Assembly: GCA_003165595.1 (NCBI GenBank)
Contig: PLWQ01000025.1
Location: 39,093 to 103,092, forward strand
Source: Fibrobacterota bacterium
Lineage (GTDB): Bacteria; Fibrobacterota; Chitinivibrionia; Chitinivibrionales; FEN-1185
Direction: 5' to 3'
DNA: 64,000 nt
Shown here piece after piece: positions 40,372-49,706 of the stretch (its first letter is position 1; each line of letters begins with the position of its first letter). The notes below the pieces were generated by a model. It did not search any database and was not told the DNA's origin. It saw only the letters and a program-made list of their open reading frames with translations. A program made the position numbers and the translations under genes.

Positions 40372-40551
40372 AGTTTCAGCTTATGTGGCTTGGCAGAAGA
40401 GGAAGAGATGGCCCCTAACACAACACCATATCTTTCAAATGGTTGTTGCAGCATCGGCTCTCCTGTCCTGGAGGCGCCCGCCTGTTTTGGGGCACCCGAT
40501 GCCGAAGACGAGAAAATGCAAGTTGGACAGAGGAAAAAGCAATGCTTTTGA

Positions 40552-41829
40552 TTATCTTGGTTCCAGCAGCACCAAGACTTCGAGGCTGGGCGTTCCCGGA
40601 AACATGTCGAGCGGGACGATCTTGGAGGTATGATAGCCCACGCGCTTCCATTGCTCCAACTCTTCCGGTATGATATCGATATTGCAAAAAATATGCAGGA
40701 CTTTCTCGGGCGCTCGGTTGGCGACGGCTCCGATAACGCCGATTTCCGTGCCCCGCCGCGGAGGATCGAGCACGACCATCTCGGGCCTGTCCCCGGGCGT
40801 GGGCAGAAGCTCTTCGAGGGACCGGCTTGTTACCTGGCCGGCAAAAAACCGTATCTTTGTCGATGGGGGAATGTCTTTGCTATGGGCCGCCGTGTCCCGC
40901 GCGCGCCTGATTGACGCCGCTTCGCAGTCTATTCCCCATGCTTCGCCGAAATGCTTCGCGAGATGCAGCGTGAACAGTCCGTAGCCGCAGTACAGGTCGA
41001 CAAGCCGCGCCTGCGCGCAGCCGCCGCCGGCCACGTCGAGCAACAGCGCGGCTTTCTTGAGCATCAGCGGGGCCATCGACTGATTGACTTGAGAGAACGA
41101 CACCGCGTCGTACAGATAGGTGCGGCCGGCGGCTTCCTGCCGAAGCGTGTCGGGCCCAAACAGCTTCTTGACCGCAAAACGGCTTTCCGTCTCCCTTTTA
41201 TCAAGGTAGTACTTGGAGCGCGACGGGTCGAGCACCACAAAGGCCGAGATCACGTTTGTGCCGGTCTTCGCAACCTGCCCGGCCAGGATCTTGAGCTTGC
41301 GAACCGTGGGGCCGTCGAGTTTGTGCATGTTGAAGATGACGCAGAATTCCTTATACGAGCCGCGTACAATCAGGTAGTTGCACCGCCGCGCCACAATGGC
41401 GAACAGGGGCTCGTTGAGTTTAGCCAGCAAAAACTCGTACAGCGCCGTGTGCTGCCTCGGTTCGAGCCTCGCCTCGTCGCGGACCTCGACGGACCGCTCC
41501 TTTGACCCTTCTCCCATGGCAAGCAGGAACTTTTTGAACGCGAAAATAACCCTGCGTTTGGTGGTGGTTCTATACAAACGCGAGAACGGCGACGGCGAGA
41601 GCGGTTCCCAGTCGCCTTCCAGGCGCATCTTTCTGAAGAACTCCGTTATTGTTTTCTGCTTGAGGGCCATTTCGTCGCCGTAAGGGAGGGATACCAGCGG
41701 TGCCGCCCCCGTGATGGGAAGGCCGGTCCCGGCAATGGACTGCATGGTCTGCACAAAGGGAGACAGCTGGAGCGGGCGGGGGTCGGTGTGGTGGTCCATT
41801 GGGTATATCCGGTTCGAAGTGGTGGTCAT
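40552..41829 (-). CDS. class I SAM-dependent RNA (uracil-5)-methyltransferase-like (RlmD/TrmA family)
   Basis: 425 aa. VDLYCGYGLFTLHLA (SAM motif I), VVLDPPRRG, and C-terminal KIVPLDMFPGTPSLEVLVLL. Confidence 0.75.
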   Translation of the reverse strand: MTTTSNRIYPMDHHTDPRPLQLSPFVQTMQSIAGTGLPITGAAPLVSLPYGDEMALKQKTITEFFRKMRLEGDWEPLSPSPFSRLYRTTTKRRVIFAFKKFLLAMGEGSKERSVEVRDEARLEPRQHTALYEFLLAKLNEPLFAIVARRCNYLIVRGSYKEFCVIFNMHKLDGPTVRKLKILAGQVAKTGTNVISAFVVLDPSRSKYYLDKRETESRFAVKKLFGPDTLRQEAAGRTYLYDAVSFSQVNQSMAPLMLKKAALLLDVAGGGCAQARLVDLYCGYGLFTLHLAKHFGEAWGIDCEAASIRRARDTAAHSKDIPPSTKIRFFAGQVTSRSLEELLPTPGDRPEMVVLDPPRRGTEIGVIGAVANRAPEKVLHIFCNIDIIPEELEQWKRVGYHTSKIVPLDMFPGTPSLEVLVLLEPR

Positions 41830-41869
41830 TGGTTGCAGTCTAGTTGACGCCGTTTCAAACGAGACCGGG

Positions 41870-42064
41870 TCATGCGCTCACGCACGCCTCAATAATGTTC
41901 TGCTTTCCTGAACGCGCTGCCTGTGCCATTTGGTCTGTCATTCTGCGGTCCTGGCCATAGAAGCGCCTGCAAAAATACACCGTAGCGTTATACACTATCA
42001 GCGCTTTCTTGAAGGATAGCAGATTATTGTAGCCGCCATGGGGAGGGATAATACCATCGGTCAT
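41870..42064 (-). pseudogene. truncated remnant of a four-helix-bundle (suffix-domain type) protein
   Basis: 64 aa: PPHGGYNNLLSFKKALIVYNATVYFCRRF...DQMAQAARSGKQNIIEA. This matches the N-terminal part of a family that I recall being several-fold longer. Only about 40 nt remain before the next gene. Confidence 0.45.
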
Positions 42065-42114
42065 GTTGGGAGCCTCTATGATAAAGATAGATTATTGGGC
42101 GAGCGTGGCCTTGT

Positions 42115-43338
42115 CTATAACAGCGGATTTACAACCCGCCCCATAAACAAAATGCTGCCGGTGGTGTTGTCACGGATCAGGAACAGGAAGGGGTGGTCGG
42201 CGCGGAAGAGATGTGGTTTATAATAATATACTCGGGCGCACCGCAGTCCCACCACGACGGCGGTAGCCGCCGCGGCTTCGGTGCCTTCTTCGTTCACATC
42301 GACAAATGCCTTGTGAATGACCTCGGAAATCTTGAGGTCTTTGTTACTACTCATGCCGGAAAAATCCGCTGACTCCTCGCTAAAAGCATCGGTTATTCCC
42401 ATTTTCTGAAGAACCTTCTTGAGCACACATTCGCGCCTGGTCGTGAATTTCGGAAGATAGACTACAACCTTTTCCTGACGCATGCCGGAACATAATGAAT
42501 CCAACAATTCGGCGCGAATTTCCTTTTCGAAATCACCAAGCCCTGTTTTCGTCCTCGGCAAAATCACAATCATGGACAATTCCCTTCCCGCATAAGGCAT
42601 ATCGAGGATTTGAACCGACTTGTTTTCACCGTACCCGAATTCCTTTTCGCCCGTGTTCATCATATTCAACTTTACCGAATCTCTTGCACTCACCCAGAAC
42701 GGCATCTCCTTAGTCTTCGCCGTATCAAACTTTGTCGCCCACGCCCCCTTGAAGTAAATCGCATTTGCAAGAACCATTCGTGTTGAGGCATCCAAGACTC
42801 CCGGCCGAATCAATTCCTTGATCTTGTCGTTCGTCCTCCTCTCAACCCACGTATTTATCTTTGCCCTAGCCTTTTCTGCTTCATTTTTGTAGTCCGCGTA
42901 GTTAAGCTCCGCCCCATAATTCTTCCCCGTCATTTCAAGAAACTCAGCCAAGAATTTGTAATCCTTCTGCATCCACAAACTGTTCGCCACACTCAGTTTC
43001 ACGTTCCCTTGCCTCTGCGCCTCGTTGATCCCGGCCTGGAGTTTCCCGAATCCTTCGTGAAATGCCGTCTCATTCTTCCCGAAATGCAGCACCCGCATCA
43101 TCTGTTTCCCGGTATTTCCCCGCGCACCGGCATAGGTCATTGCAAGAGCCGTGGATATGCTGTACGGCGAGAAAAAGATATTGCCTTCGGCAGATTTCAG
43201 CTGGGCATACAGATCGAACGCAAACGCGTTGTTGCCGGCGACAATGGCGGATAGACCTGCCTCCTGCTGGCCAAGAGCCAGGCATGCCGGCAACAAACAA
43301 AGGACCACCGCATTTGACAGTATTCCGCGCTTTTTCAC
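42115..43338 (-). CDS. serpin-family serine protease inhibitor (secreted)
   Basis: Start set to GTG 43338 (GGGAGG 6 nt upstream), giving 407 aa with signal peptide MKKRGILSNAVVLCLLPACLA. NIFFSPYSISTALAMTYAGARG, FKGAWATKF, and the hinge/RCL GTEAAAATAVV. Confidence 0.85.
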   Translation of the reverse strand: MKKRGILSNAVVLCLLPACLALGQQEAGLSAIVAGNNAFAFDLYAQLKSAEGNIFFSPYSISTALAMTYAGARGNTGKQMMRVLHFGKNETAFHEGFGKLQAGINEAQRQGNVKLSVANSLWMQKDYKFLAEFLEMTGKNYGAELNYADYKNEAEKARAKINTWVERRTNDKIKELIRPGVLDASTRMVLANAIYFKGAWATKFDTAKTKEMPFWVSARDSVKLNMMNTGEKEFGYGENKSVQILDMPYAGRELSMIVILPRTKTGLGDFEKEIRAELLDSLCSGMRQEKVVVYLPKFTTRRECVLKKVLQKMGITDAFSEESADFSGMSSNKDLKISEVIHKAFVDVNEEGTEAAAATAVVVGLRCARVYYYKPHLFRADHPFLFLIRDNTTGSILFMGRVVNPLL

Positions 43339-43527
43339 GGTGAACCTCCCTTGTTGCCTCAAGTCCTTTATGTCCACCTGTAAATATCGATCGCTCGCTT
43401 GCCCAAAGCAAATTTCATCTACCTTCTTCCCAAACAATCCTTCGCCATTGTAGAATATAGAATGGGTAACAGCGGTTTTGGAAACCCCGGAATGCGTTGT
43501 TTTCTTCCTCATTGCAAAGCTGCTATC

Positions 43528-45522
43528 ATGCCGAAAGAAAAAATCATCATCCGCCCGCAGGACACAAAGACCGTCCAGCTTCCCGGCACCGTGGCCCTGC
43601 CGGACGGCAAGCGGCCCGTTAAGCTCGGGTCCGGCACCATAACCTCGCTCATCAGCGCCGGCGGCATGGCTATAGTTTATGAGATCTGGAACCAGGAACT
43701 TGAGGTGAAGCGGGCGGTGAAGCTTCTGAAGCCCGATCACTCACTCGAATCCGAAGAGCGGTTCCATACCGAGATGAAGATCACGGCCAAGCTGCACCAC
43801 CCGAACATCGTTGAGATTTACACCGTAGGAACCTGGAGCGACCTGCCGTACATAGAAATGGAGCTCATCGACGGAATCACGCTCGAAGAGCTCGTTGAAG
43901 AAGCGGGCGGGCTGCCGCCGGAGGTGTGCACGTCCATCGGCATCATGGTGGGCCGTGCGCTCAACTATGCGCATAACCAGAACTACGTTTTGTACGGCAA
44001 GCGATACCAGGGCGTTATCCACCGCGACCTGAAGCCGGGAAATATCATGGTGGCGCGCGACGGTATTGCAAAACTCATGGATTTCGGCATTGCCAAGCCC
44101 ATGACGGCCAGCATTCACACCATGGAAGGCATGGTAATGGGTACCATGCAATACCTTGCGCCCGAACAGCTCGACGGCAAAGAGGTTGACGTGCGCGCCG
44201 ACCTCTACTCCCTGGGCACCGTGCTGTACGAAATGCTCACTGGCGTGCGCGCCTTTCCGGAAGAGAAACTGGGCAAGCTCGTGACGGACAAGCTGGCCAA
44301 CAACTGCACGCCGCTCACGGATTTCTCGGTCAGAATACCTCCTTCACTTGTCGGTCTGGTCCACCACTGCATCAGGTACGAAAAGGAAAAGCGCATCCAG
44401 AATTCCCTGGAATTTTTGCGCGCCATCTGCCGGATTCACAAGACGCTCACGCTCAAAGCTCCCGAGCAGGTCCTCGAACAGTACCTTGCAACGAGGACGC
44501 GGGAAAAGCGTGTGGTGCGAATCCGCAGGAGGAGCATTTTTGTTCCGGCCATCCTGTGGAGCGTCACCGGCCTTGCGCTGGCGGCAGTCGCGACGCTGGT
44601 GGCGCTGCACTTTAGAGACCCGGCAATGGCCCGCAAAACGGTTGCGGAAATCAACGCCCGTTTGCAGCCGCTGATTGCAAGAATTGTTTCCGTGCGCGAG
44701 GCTGCCAATGCCCCGATCACGGGGTCCGAAGGGGCATCCGTTGATTCACTGCTTGCCTTGCAGATGCCCGCGCGGGCCAAGGACGTTGTTTCACAGATGC
44801 AGAAGATCGACGGCGCGGAAACGGACAGTCTTGTTGACACACTGCAAAAGAAGCGGCGGCTTTCCCCTGCCAACAGTCCCGGTCCGGATGCGCGCAGGCC
44901 TGCGGCCGCTTTTCCGAGGGCGGTTTTTCGCACGCCCGCAGCGGCAGCGAAGCCTGCGTTCGGCGCCGCGTCCCAGCCGCTCATGGACAGGCTTAAGCAG
45001 CAATTGCACACGTCGGATGTAATGACCCTGTTTGCGTCGGAAGTGGAGGCGGGACATTTTGCCAACGGCATTGCTCTTTACAAAATGCTTCCCGCCGGCC
45101 TGGCGGATTCGAAGAAGGCGCTCCTGTACAAGCTGCGGTCCCAGCGGGGCGTGGGCGACAACGAAGGCGTGAAGTACTTCCTGATTGCCAACGACGTCAA
45201 GGACGGAGAATTCTATCTGGAAAAGGCCCGCTGGTATTACACCTCAAAAGACTATGCCCAGGCCTACCAGTATGTCCAGCGGGCCGCCGTATCGCCGGCC
45301 CAGTTTCTGGATTCCCGCGCCTTCCGGGAGACTTTGCTGTATTCCAAGGCCCTCTGCACCAGTGCCCTGTACGATGCCGCACCCGGTGCCGATACTAAGA
45401 AAGAGGCGATGGAGGCCTGGTTCGATGTGAAATCGCTTTTCAAGACGGCTCCCGAGCACCGGTATTACGTAAAGGCGGATTCGGAAATCAGGAGGATCAG
45501 CGCAAGCGTGGCGGCCAGGTAA
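43528..45522 (+). CDS. membrane-anchored Hanks-type serine/threonine kinase with extracytoplasmic helical-repeat domain
   Basis: Start trimmed to ATG 43528; 664 aa. AVKLLKP, HRDLKPGNIMV, DFGIAKP, YLAPEQ. One TM helix (IFVPAILWSVTGLALAAVATLVAL). The C-terminal part is TPR-like. Confidence 0.85.
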   Translation: MPKEKIIIRPQDTKTVQLPGTVALPDGKRPVKLGSGTITSLISAGGMAIVYEIWNQELEVKRAVKLLKPDHSLESEERFHTEMKITAKLHHPNIVEIYTVGTWSDLPYIEMELIDGITLEELVEEAGGLPPEVCTSIGIMVGRALNYAHNQNYVLYGKRYQGVIHRDLKPGNIMVARDGIAKLMDFGIAKPMTASIHTMEGMVMGTMQYLAPEQLDGKEVDVRADLYSLGTVLYEMLTGVRAFPEEKLGKLVTDKLANNCTPLTDFSVRIPPSLVGLVHHCIRYEKEKRIQNSLEFLRAICRIHKTLTLKAPEQVLEQYLATRTREKRVVRIRRRSIFVPAILWSVTGLALAAVATLVALHFRDPAMARKTVAEINARLQPLIARIVSVREAANAPITGSEGASVDSLLALQMPARAKDVVSQMQKIDGAETDSLVDTLQKKRRLSPANSPGPDARRPAAAFPRAVFRTPAAAAKPAFGAASQPLMDRLKQQLHTSDVMTLFASEVEAGHFANGIALYKMLPAGLADSKKALLYKLRSQRGVGDNEGVKYFLIANDVKDGEFYLEKARWYYTSKDYAQAYQYVQRAAVSPAQFLDSRAFRETLLYSKALCTSALYDAAPGADTKKEAMEAWFDVKSLFKTAPEHRYYVKADSEIRRISASVAAR

Positions 45523-45572
45523 GCCTGCGGTTCGCCGCACCCACAAACAAAAAAGGGGCAGGCGCTACATTC

Positions 45573-46460
45573 GTGAAACCCTTCTTGGCATTGATTCTCG
45601 CTCTCGCGGCAACCGCCAGCTTTTCCCAGACCGCGCCCCCTGCTCCGGCTGCCTTACCCGACTCGGCGGCGTTCGATACTATTGCGGGCGATCTGCCGTC
45701 TCTCGTGGCGCCAAAGAAACATGCTTACTTCGTTGCCGGAGACATTTACGTGCCGCAGGGAAAGACGGTTGAAATCGCCGCAGGGACAGTGCTCTGTTTC
45801 AAGAATTTCACCGGGTTGCACGTGCAGGGCACGCTCATTGCCAAAGGCGTCAAGAACACGCCGGTTGTCTTTACTTCCGAGCACGACAAGGACTACAACA
45901 AGCGCAGCACGGTGGACGCGGCTCCCTACGACTGGAACGGCATTTACATCCACGAAGACGCGATCGGCACAGAGCTCTCCTATTGTGCGGTGATGTATTC
46001 CGTTGACGGTATCAATTCCCTCACCAGGTTCTTCAAGCTCACCCCCTGCGTTTTTCTGCATAACGGAAGGGCCAGCCTCACAATCCTGGGCGCGCAGTAC
46101 CAGGTGACGGAAGAGCCGTACGAGTATTCGCTCACGCTCAAAGACGCGGCAGTCGCAAGCCCGCCCATCACCGTGCTCAAGGACCCTCTTGCGGCCACGC
46201 GAAACACGCTCCGGTACAGCGGCGCGGCGTACGCGGCGGGCGGCTTTTTTGCCGCGGTCGTGACCGCCACCCAGCTTGTTTCGTCGCAACGCGGCTTCTC
46301 CGCGGTGTCAAGTATGAGCAAAGATAATCTTACCCGGAATTCGGGCGCGGCCTGGGAAACGGCGAGGAACAAGAGGAACAACGATCTGGCGAATCTTATA
46401 GTGAGCTGCGGCGTGATGGGAATAGGGGTGGTGGGGATTTTCTGGTCAATGAGATTCTAG
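45573..46460 (+). CDS. hypothetical secreted protein with C-terminal membrane anchor
   Basis: 295 aa, GTG start. Signal peptide MKPFLALILALAATASFSQ and C-terminal TM (IVSCGVMGIGVVGIFW). No family recognised. Confidence 0.55.
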   Translation: MKPFLALILALAATASFSQTAPPAPAALPDSAAFDTIAGDLPSLVAPKKHAYFVAGDIYVPQGKTVEIAAGTVLCFKNFTGLHVQGTLIAKGVKNTPVVFTSEHDKDYNKRSTVDAAPYDWNGIYIHEDAIGTELSYCAVMYSVDGINSLTRFFKLTPCVFLHNGRASLTILGAQYQVTEEPYEYSLTLKDAAVASPPITVLKDPLAATRNTLRYSGAAYAAGGFFAAVVTATQLVSSQRGFSAVSSMSKDNLTRNSGAAWETARNKRNNDLANLIVSCGVMGIGVVGIFWSMRF

Positions 46461-46515
46461 GGTCGTTCTTTGTTGTTTATTTGAATTTTGTTAGTTTGTG
46501 AAGAAATCAAAATTA

Positions 46516-46657
46516 GGGGGACCTCTAAATATTCAAAAACGCGTTTTGTCATTGCGAGCAAAGCGAAGCAATCCCGCGTTTTTGCAAAGAATTACGGGAG
46601 ATTGCCACGTCGCTACGCTCCTCGCAATGACATCGTGACAATTTTTAGAGGTTCCCT
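46516..46657. repeat. composite palindromic (REP/MITE-like) element
   Basis: Outer arms GGACCTCTAAA (46519-46529) / TTTAGAGGTTCC (46644-46655). Inner arms GTCATTGCGAG (46548-46558) / CTCGCAATGAC (46621-46631). AAAACGCGTTTT palindrome at 46535-46546. Confidence 0.6.
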
Positions 46658-46790
46658 TAAGAGCTGGAAAGGGCTCCGCCCTTTAGATCCCGTAGGGAAA
46701 GGGCAAGCGACATAATGGAAGGTGCGAAGCACCACTACTTTACCCTTACGAAATGAAATGAAAAAATGCCTATTGTGTCGCCCCTCCAAA

Positions 46791-46814
46791 CCTCCCCTCG
46801 CGGGGAGGCTTTTT
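46791..46814 (+). terminator. intrinsic-terminator-like hairpin (CCTCCCC-TCGC-GGGGAGG + CTTTTT)
   Basis: 7-bp GC stem, 4-nt loop, T5 tail, plus strand only. It lies 38 nt upstream of the 46853 start codon. Confidence 0.45.
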
Positions 46815-46852
46815 ACGGTGGAGATGTGAGCTGGTGACTTTTCGATTTACTA

Positions 46853-49621
46853 ATGACTTCCGCACCAGGTCCCGTTGATATGAGCCGAACAATGTCATCA
46901 TCAAGAATCATTTCAACACGGCTTTTCGTCCTGCTGTCCCTATTGATTGCCTTTGTATTCTGTTCCCGCGAATACAACCCCTTCTCCGATTATGCAAACG
47001 CGGGCTTGTACATCGTTCATCAAAGCATTCACGACCGCGATACGCTGCAGATCTTTTCCACCGAAAGCCTTCAGGTGCGCGTGACCGTCAAGGAGCTTGT
47101 GGATTTGTTTTCCGTTTCGGCAAGCGCAAACCGTCTGTGGCCGGGCGCCGAATCGACCATTGTCGCGTCGCAGTTTCCCCAGGAGCCGTTCACGTTCTTC
47201 GTGTCGTTCTACGATACCGGATGGCAGTCGATTGTTACCACCGTGCACAGGACCGACGCCCGCACCGTTTCGGACACGCTCCACGTGTACCTGAAATCGC
47301 CGCTGCGTCAGGACAGCGTTGTCGCATTCGTTCGGGATACGGTTCGGCTGCGCACCCCGCGCGTGAAAGACCGGGACGTGACCTACTACTGGTCTTTTGG
47401 TCCGAGCACCAGCTTTGCGTCGCCGGTGTGCAGCACTGCGGTGGCCGCGACATCCGCCTTCTACTTTGGAACAGGCAGCGTGTGGGTGTGGGACGGCAGG
47501 CACCTGTCGCCGGCCGACAGTTTTGTCTACTATCTGCGCGACACGGTAAAGCCCTCCATAGTGTGCGTCAACGAGGAAATCGCGCGCAACGACACCATTT
47601 TCACGAGCGATTCGATTTTTACTCTCAGGGTCCGCATAACGGACGACCTCGGTCTGGGCGTTGACTCTGCATCCGTCAACGGGGTTGCGTTCGACGGTTC
47701 CTCGGGCGGCGTCTACTACAAACTGTTCGACAAAACCTACCTGCATCCTGCGGCGAATGCGCTTGCTTTCCAGGTTTTCGCACTCGACAATTTCCGCAGC
47801 GCCAATATCGCGCAAAAGACATACTGGCTCGCTTTTTCCGCAGCACTACCCCATGTCAAGAAGGTATCTATCGTGGTGGTGTCGCCGGCGGCCGACACCA
47901 TAACCGTCAACACGACCCTGTATCCCGTGTCGGGCACGGTGGTCAACAACTCCCTGGATTCGCTCGATCTCTCGGTGTATCTGTCGGCCAACGGAAGCAT
48001 CAACCCGCAGGTGCTCCAAATCACCGATGCGTCGCCCGCATGGGAATGGCCCGTTTCGCTCAAGCAAGGTCAAAATCCGCTGCGCATTGTCGCCATGGAC
48101 AACCGCACCGGCACCACGCTCGACGAAAAGGACCTCCTGCTTGTCTACGCCCCCAACGCCCCGGACTCGGTTCCGCCTCGCATCCTGAGTGTGTTGGCGA
48201 ACGGCGAGCCTGCCCAGGGCGCGTTCACCAACCTCCCTTCTGCGGCGCTGGCAATCGAGGCAATCGACGACGGCACCGGTATCGACACGCTCTTTGTGAA
48301 CGGCGCAGCCGTTGCCGCGAGCGGCTTCTGGTACTACGACACGGTGCCGCTTGCGCATGTCCCGTCGGGCAACCAGGTGGCGATCAGGGCTGTTGACAAA
48401 AGGCAAAATACGGTGCGCGAAGCCGCGGTGATTTTCCGGAACAACGCGCCGATTATTCAACGGTTCCCGGCTTCCGCGTTTGTGCATGCAGACAGCACGT
48501 GCCACGACACGATCCGGGCCATTGACCCGGACAACGACACCCTGCTTTTTCAGCGAACCGCCGGTCCGGCCGGTCTTGCGGTTGACCATAGCGGCGCAAT
48601 CGCATGGACGCCGTCGGTGGCGGATACCGGCGTGCATTCCATAACGATCCGCGTATTCGACGGGTATCAGCCGGTGTTTGCAACCTATACCTTATATGTT
48701 ACGCTGCCGGGCCAGGCTCCGCCAAAACCCGTTCTGTTCGCGACCCGCGCCGAGGATTTTCCCCTGTATCTTGTGGCGGGCAGGGATTCGGTTCACACAA
48801 TCCTCAAGGTTGCCCAGGGAACCGGCATTCGGCCGTTCCTGTTCTCGGCGCGCATCGTCGGCAAGAAGGGACTGCTTCTCGACAATACGACCGACTCCGC
48901 CCTTTCCTGGACGCCCGCGCTCAGCGACACGGGCTACAACCAGATAATTGCAATTGTCAAGGACCAGTTCCCGAGCACCGACACCTTGTATCCCCGCATT
49001 CTGGTGGTACCGCCCCAGAGGCCGTGCTCGATCTCGGTGTCGTACGACGCCGACACGGTGCAAAACGGCGCGGTACAGCTGAGCGAGACGCGACAGCCGT
49101 TTACCATGGTGTTCCATGTGAAGGATCCGGACAATCCGCTCGTTGGCCGCCACAGGGTGACGCTCTTTGAATCCATTTCGCACACGGCAACCAACTTCGA
49201 TTCGGCGCTCGTCGATACCTTTGTGTACACCGTTGACCCGGCTATTTTCACCGGCTACGATACGATCGTGGCCACAGTAAGCGACGGCGTGAGCGCCGAC
49301 ACGATCCGGGTGAGGCTGTATTTCGGCCTGCCGCCCGACACGCCGGCGGCGGGCTTTCCCCTCAACTTCGCTGTTGTCAATTCGTTCAATCCGACAATTG
49401 TGTTCTCCGGCGGCGATCCCGACAACGATTCGCTCGCCTACGACCTTTATTTCGGCAACAACCCGCTGTCGCTTTCCCTTATCGCTACCACGCCGGATAC
49501 CGCCGCAACCGTGAACGGGCTTGCCGCAAGCACAACCTACTTCTGGAAGGTGGTGGCCCGCAATTGGAAATCGCAGACCGCGAGCCAGGTTTGGCAATTT
49601 ACGACAGGGAAGCTAGATTGA
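46853..49621 (+). CDS. large surface protein with cadherin-like/He_PIG-type Ig domains and a C-terminal FN3-like domain
   Basis: 922 aa. N-terminal hydrophobic segment with a possible lipobox (AFVFC). IRAIDPDNDTLLFQRTAGPAGLAVDHSGAIAWTP...ITIRVFDG is a putative Ig domain. C-terminal GGDPDNDSLAYDLYFG...TTYFWKVVA. The start could instead be 46880 or 46892. Confidence 0.7.
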   Translation: MTSAPGPVDMSRTMSSSRIISTRLFVLLSLLIAFVFCSREYNPFSDYANAGLYIVHQSIHDRDTLQIFSTESLQVRVTVKELVDLFSVSASANRLWPGAESTIVASQFPQEPFTFFVSFYDTGWQSIVTTVHRTDARTVSDTLHVYLKSPLRQDSVVAFVRDTVRLRTPRVKDRDVTYYWSFGPSTSFASPVCSTAVAATSAFYFGTGSVWVWDGRHLSPADSFVYYLRDTVKPSIVCVNEEIARNDTIFTSDSIFTLRVRITDDLGLGVDSASVNGVAFDGSSGGVYYKLFDKTYLHPAANALAFQVFALDNFRSANIAQKTYWLAFSAALPHVKKVSIVVVSPAADTITVNTTLYPVSGTVVNNSLDSLDLSVYLSANGSINPQVLQITDASPAWEWPVSLKQGQNPLRIVAMDNRTGTTLDEKDLLLVYAPNAPDSVPPRILSVLANGEPAQGAFTNLPSAALAIEAIDDGTGIDTLFVNGAAVAASGFWYYDTVPLAHVPSGNQVAIRAVDKRQNTVREAAVIFRNNAPIIQRFPASAFVHADSTCHDTIRAIDPDNDTLLFQRTAGPAGLAVDHSGAIAWTPSVADTGVHSITIRVFDGYQPVFATYTLYVTLPGQAPPKPVLFATRAEDFPLYLVAGRDSVHTILKVAQGTGIRPFLFSARIVGKKGLLLDNTTDSALSWTPALSDTGYNQIIAIVKDQFPSTDTLYPRILVVPPQRPCSISVSYDADTVQNGAVQLSETRQPFTMVFHVKDPDNPLVGRHRVTLFESISHTATNFDSALVDTFVYTVDPAIFTGYDTIVATVSDGVSADTIRVRLYFGLPPDTPAAGFPLNFAVVNSFNPTIVFSGGDPDNDSLAYDLYFGNNPLSLSLIATTPDTAATVNGLAASTTYFWKVVARNWKSQTASQVWQFTTGKLD

Positions 49622-49706
49622 CCGGCAGTGCGGCAATTGCGTTTTTGCAGGATTAGTGCTATCTTTAAGCTGGTTGCGTGTTCTAGACAACAAGAGGCGT
49701 TTTGGA

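Noticed and set aside
46488-46715. 75-aa ORF (MLVCEEIKIRG...VIASKAKQSRVFAKNYGRLPRRYAPRNDIV...).
   Set aside because: It is a read-through of the palindromic repeat element (46516-46657). Both arms of the inverted repeat are being translated.
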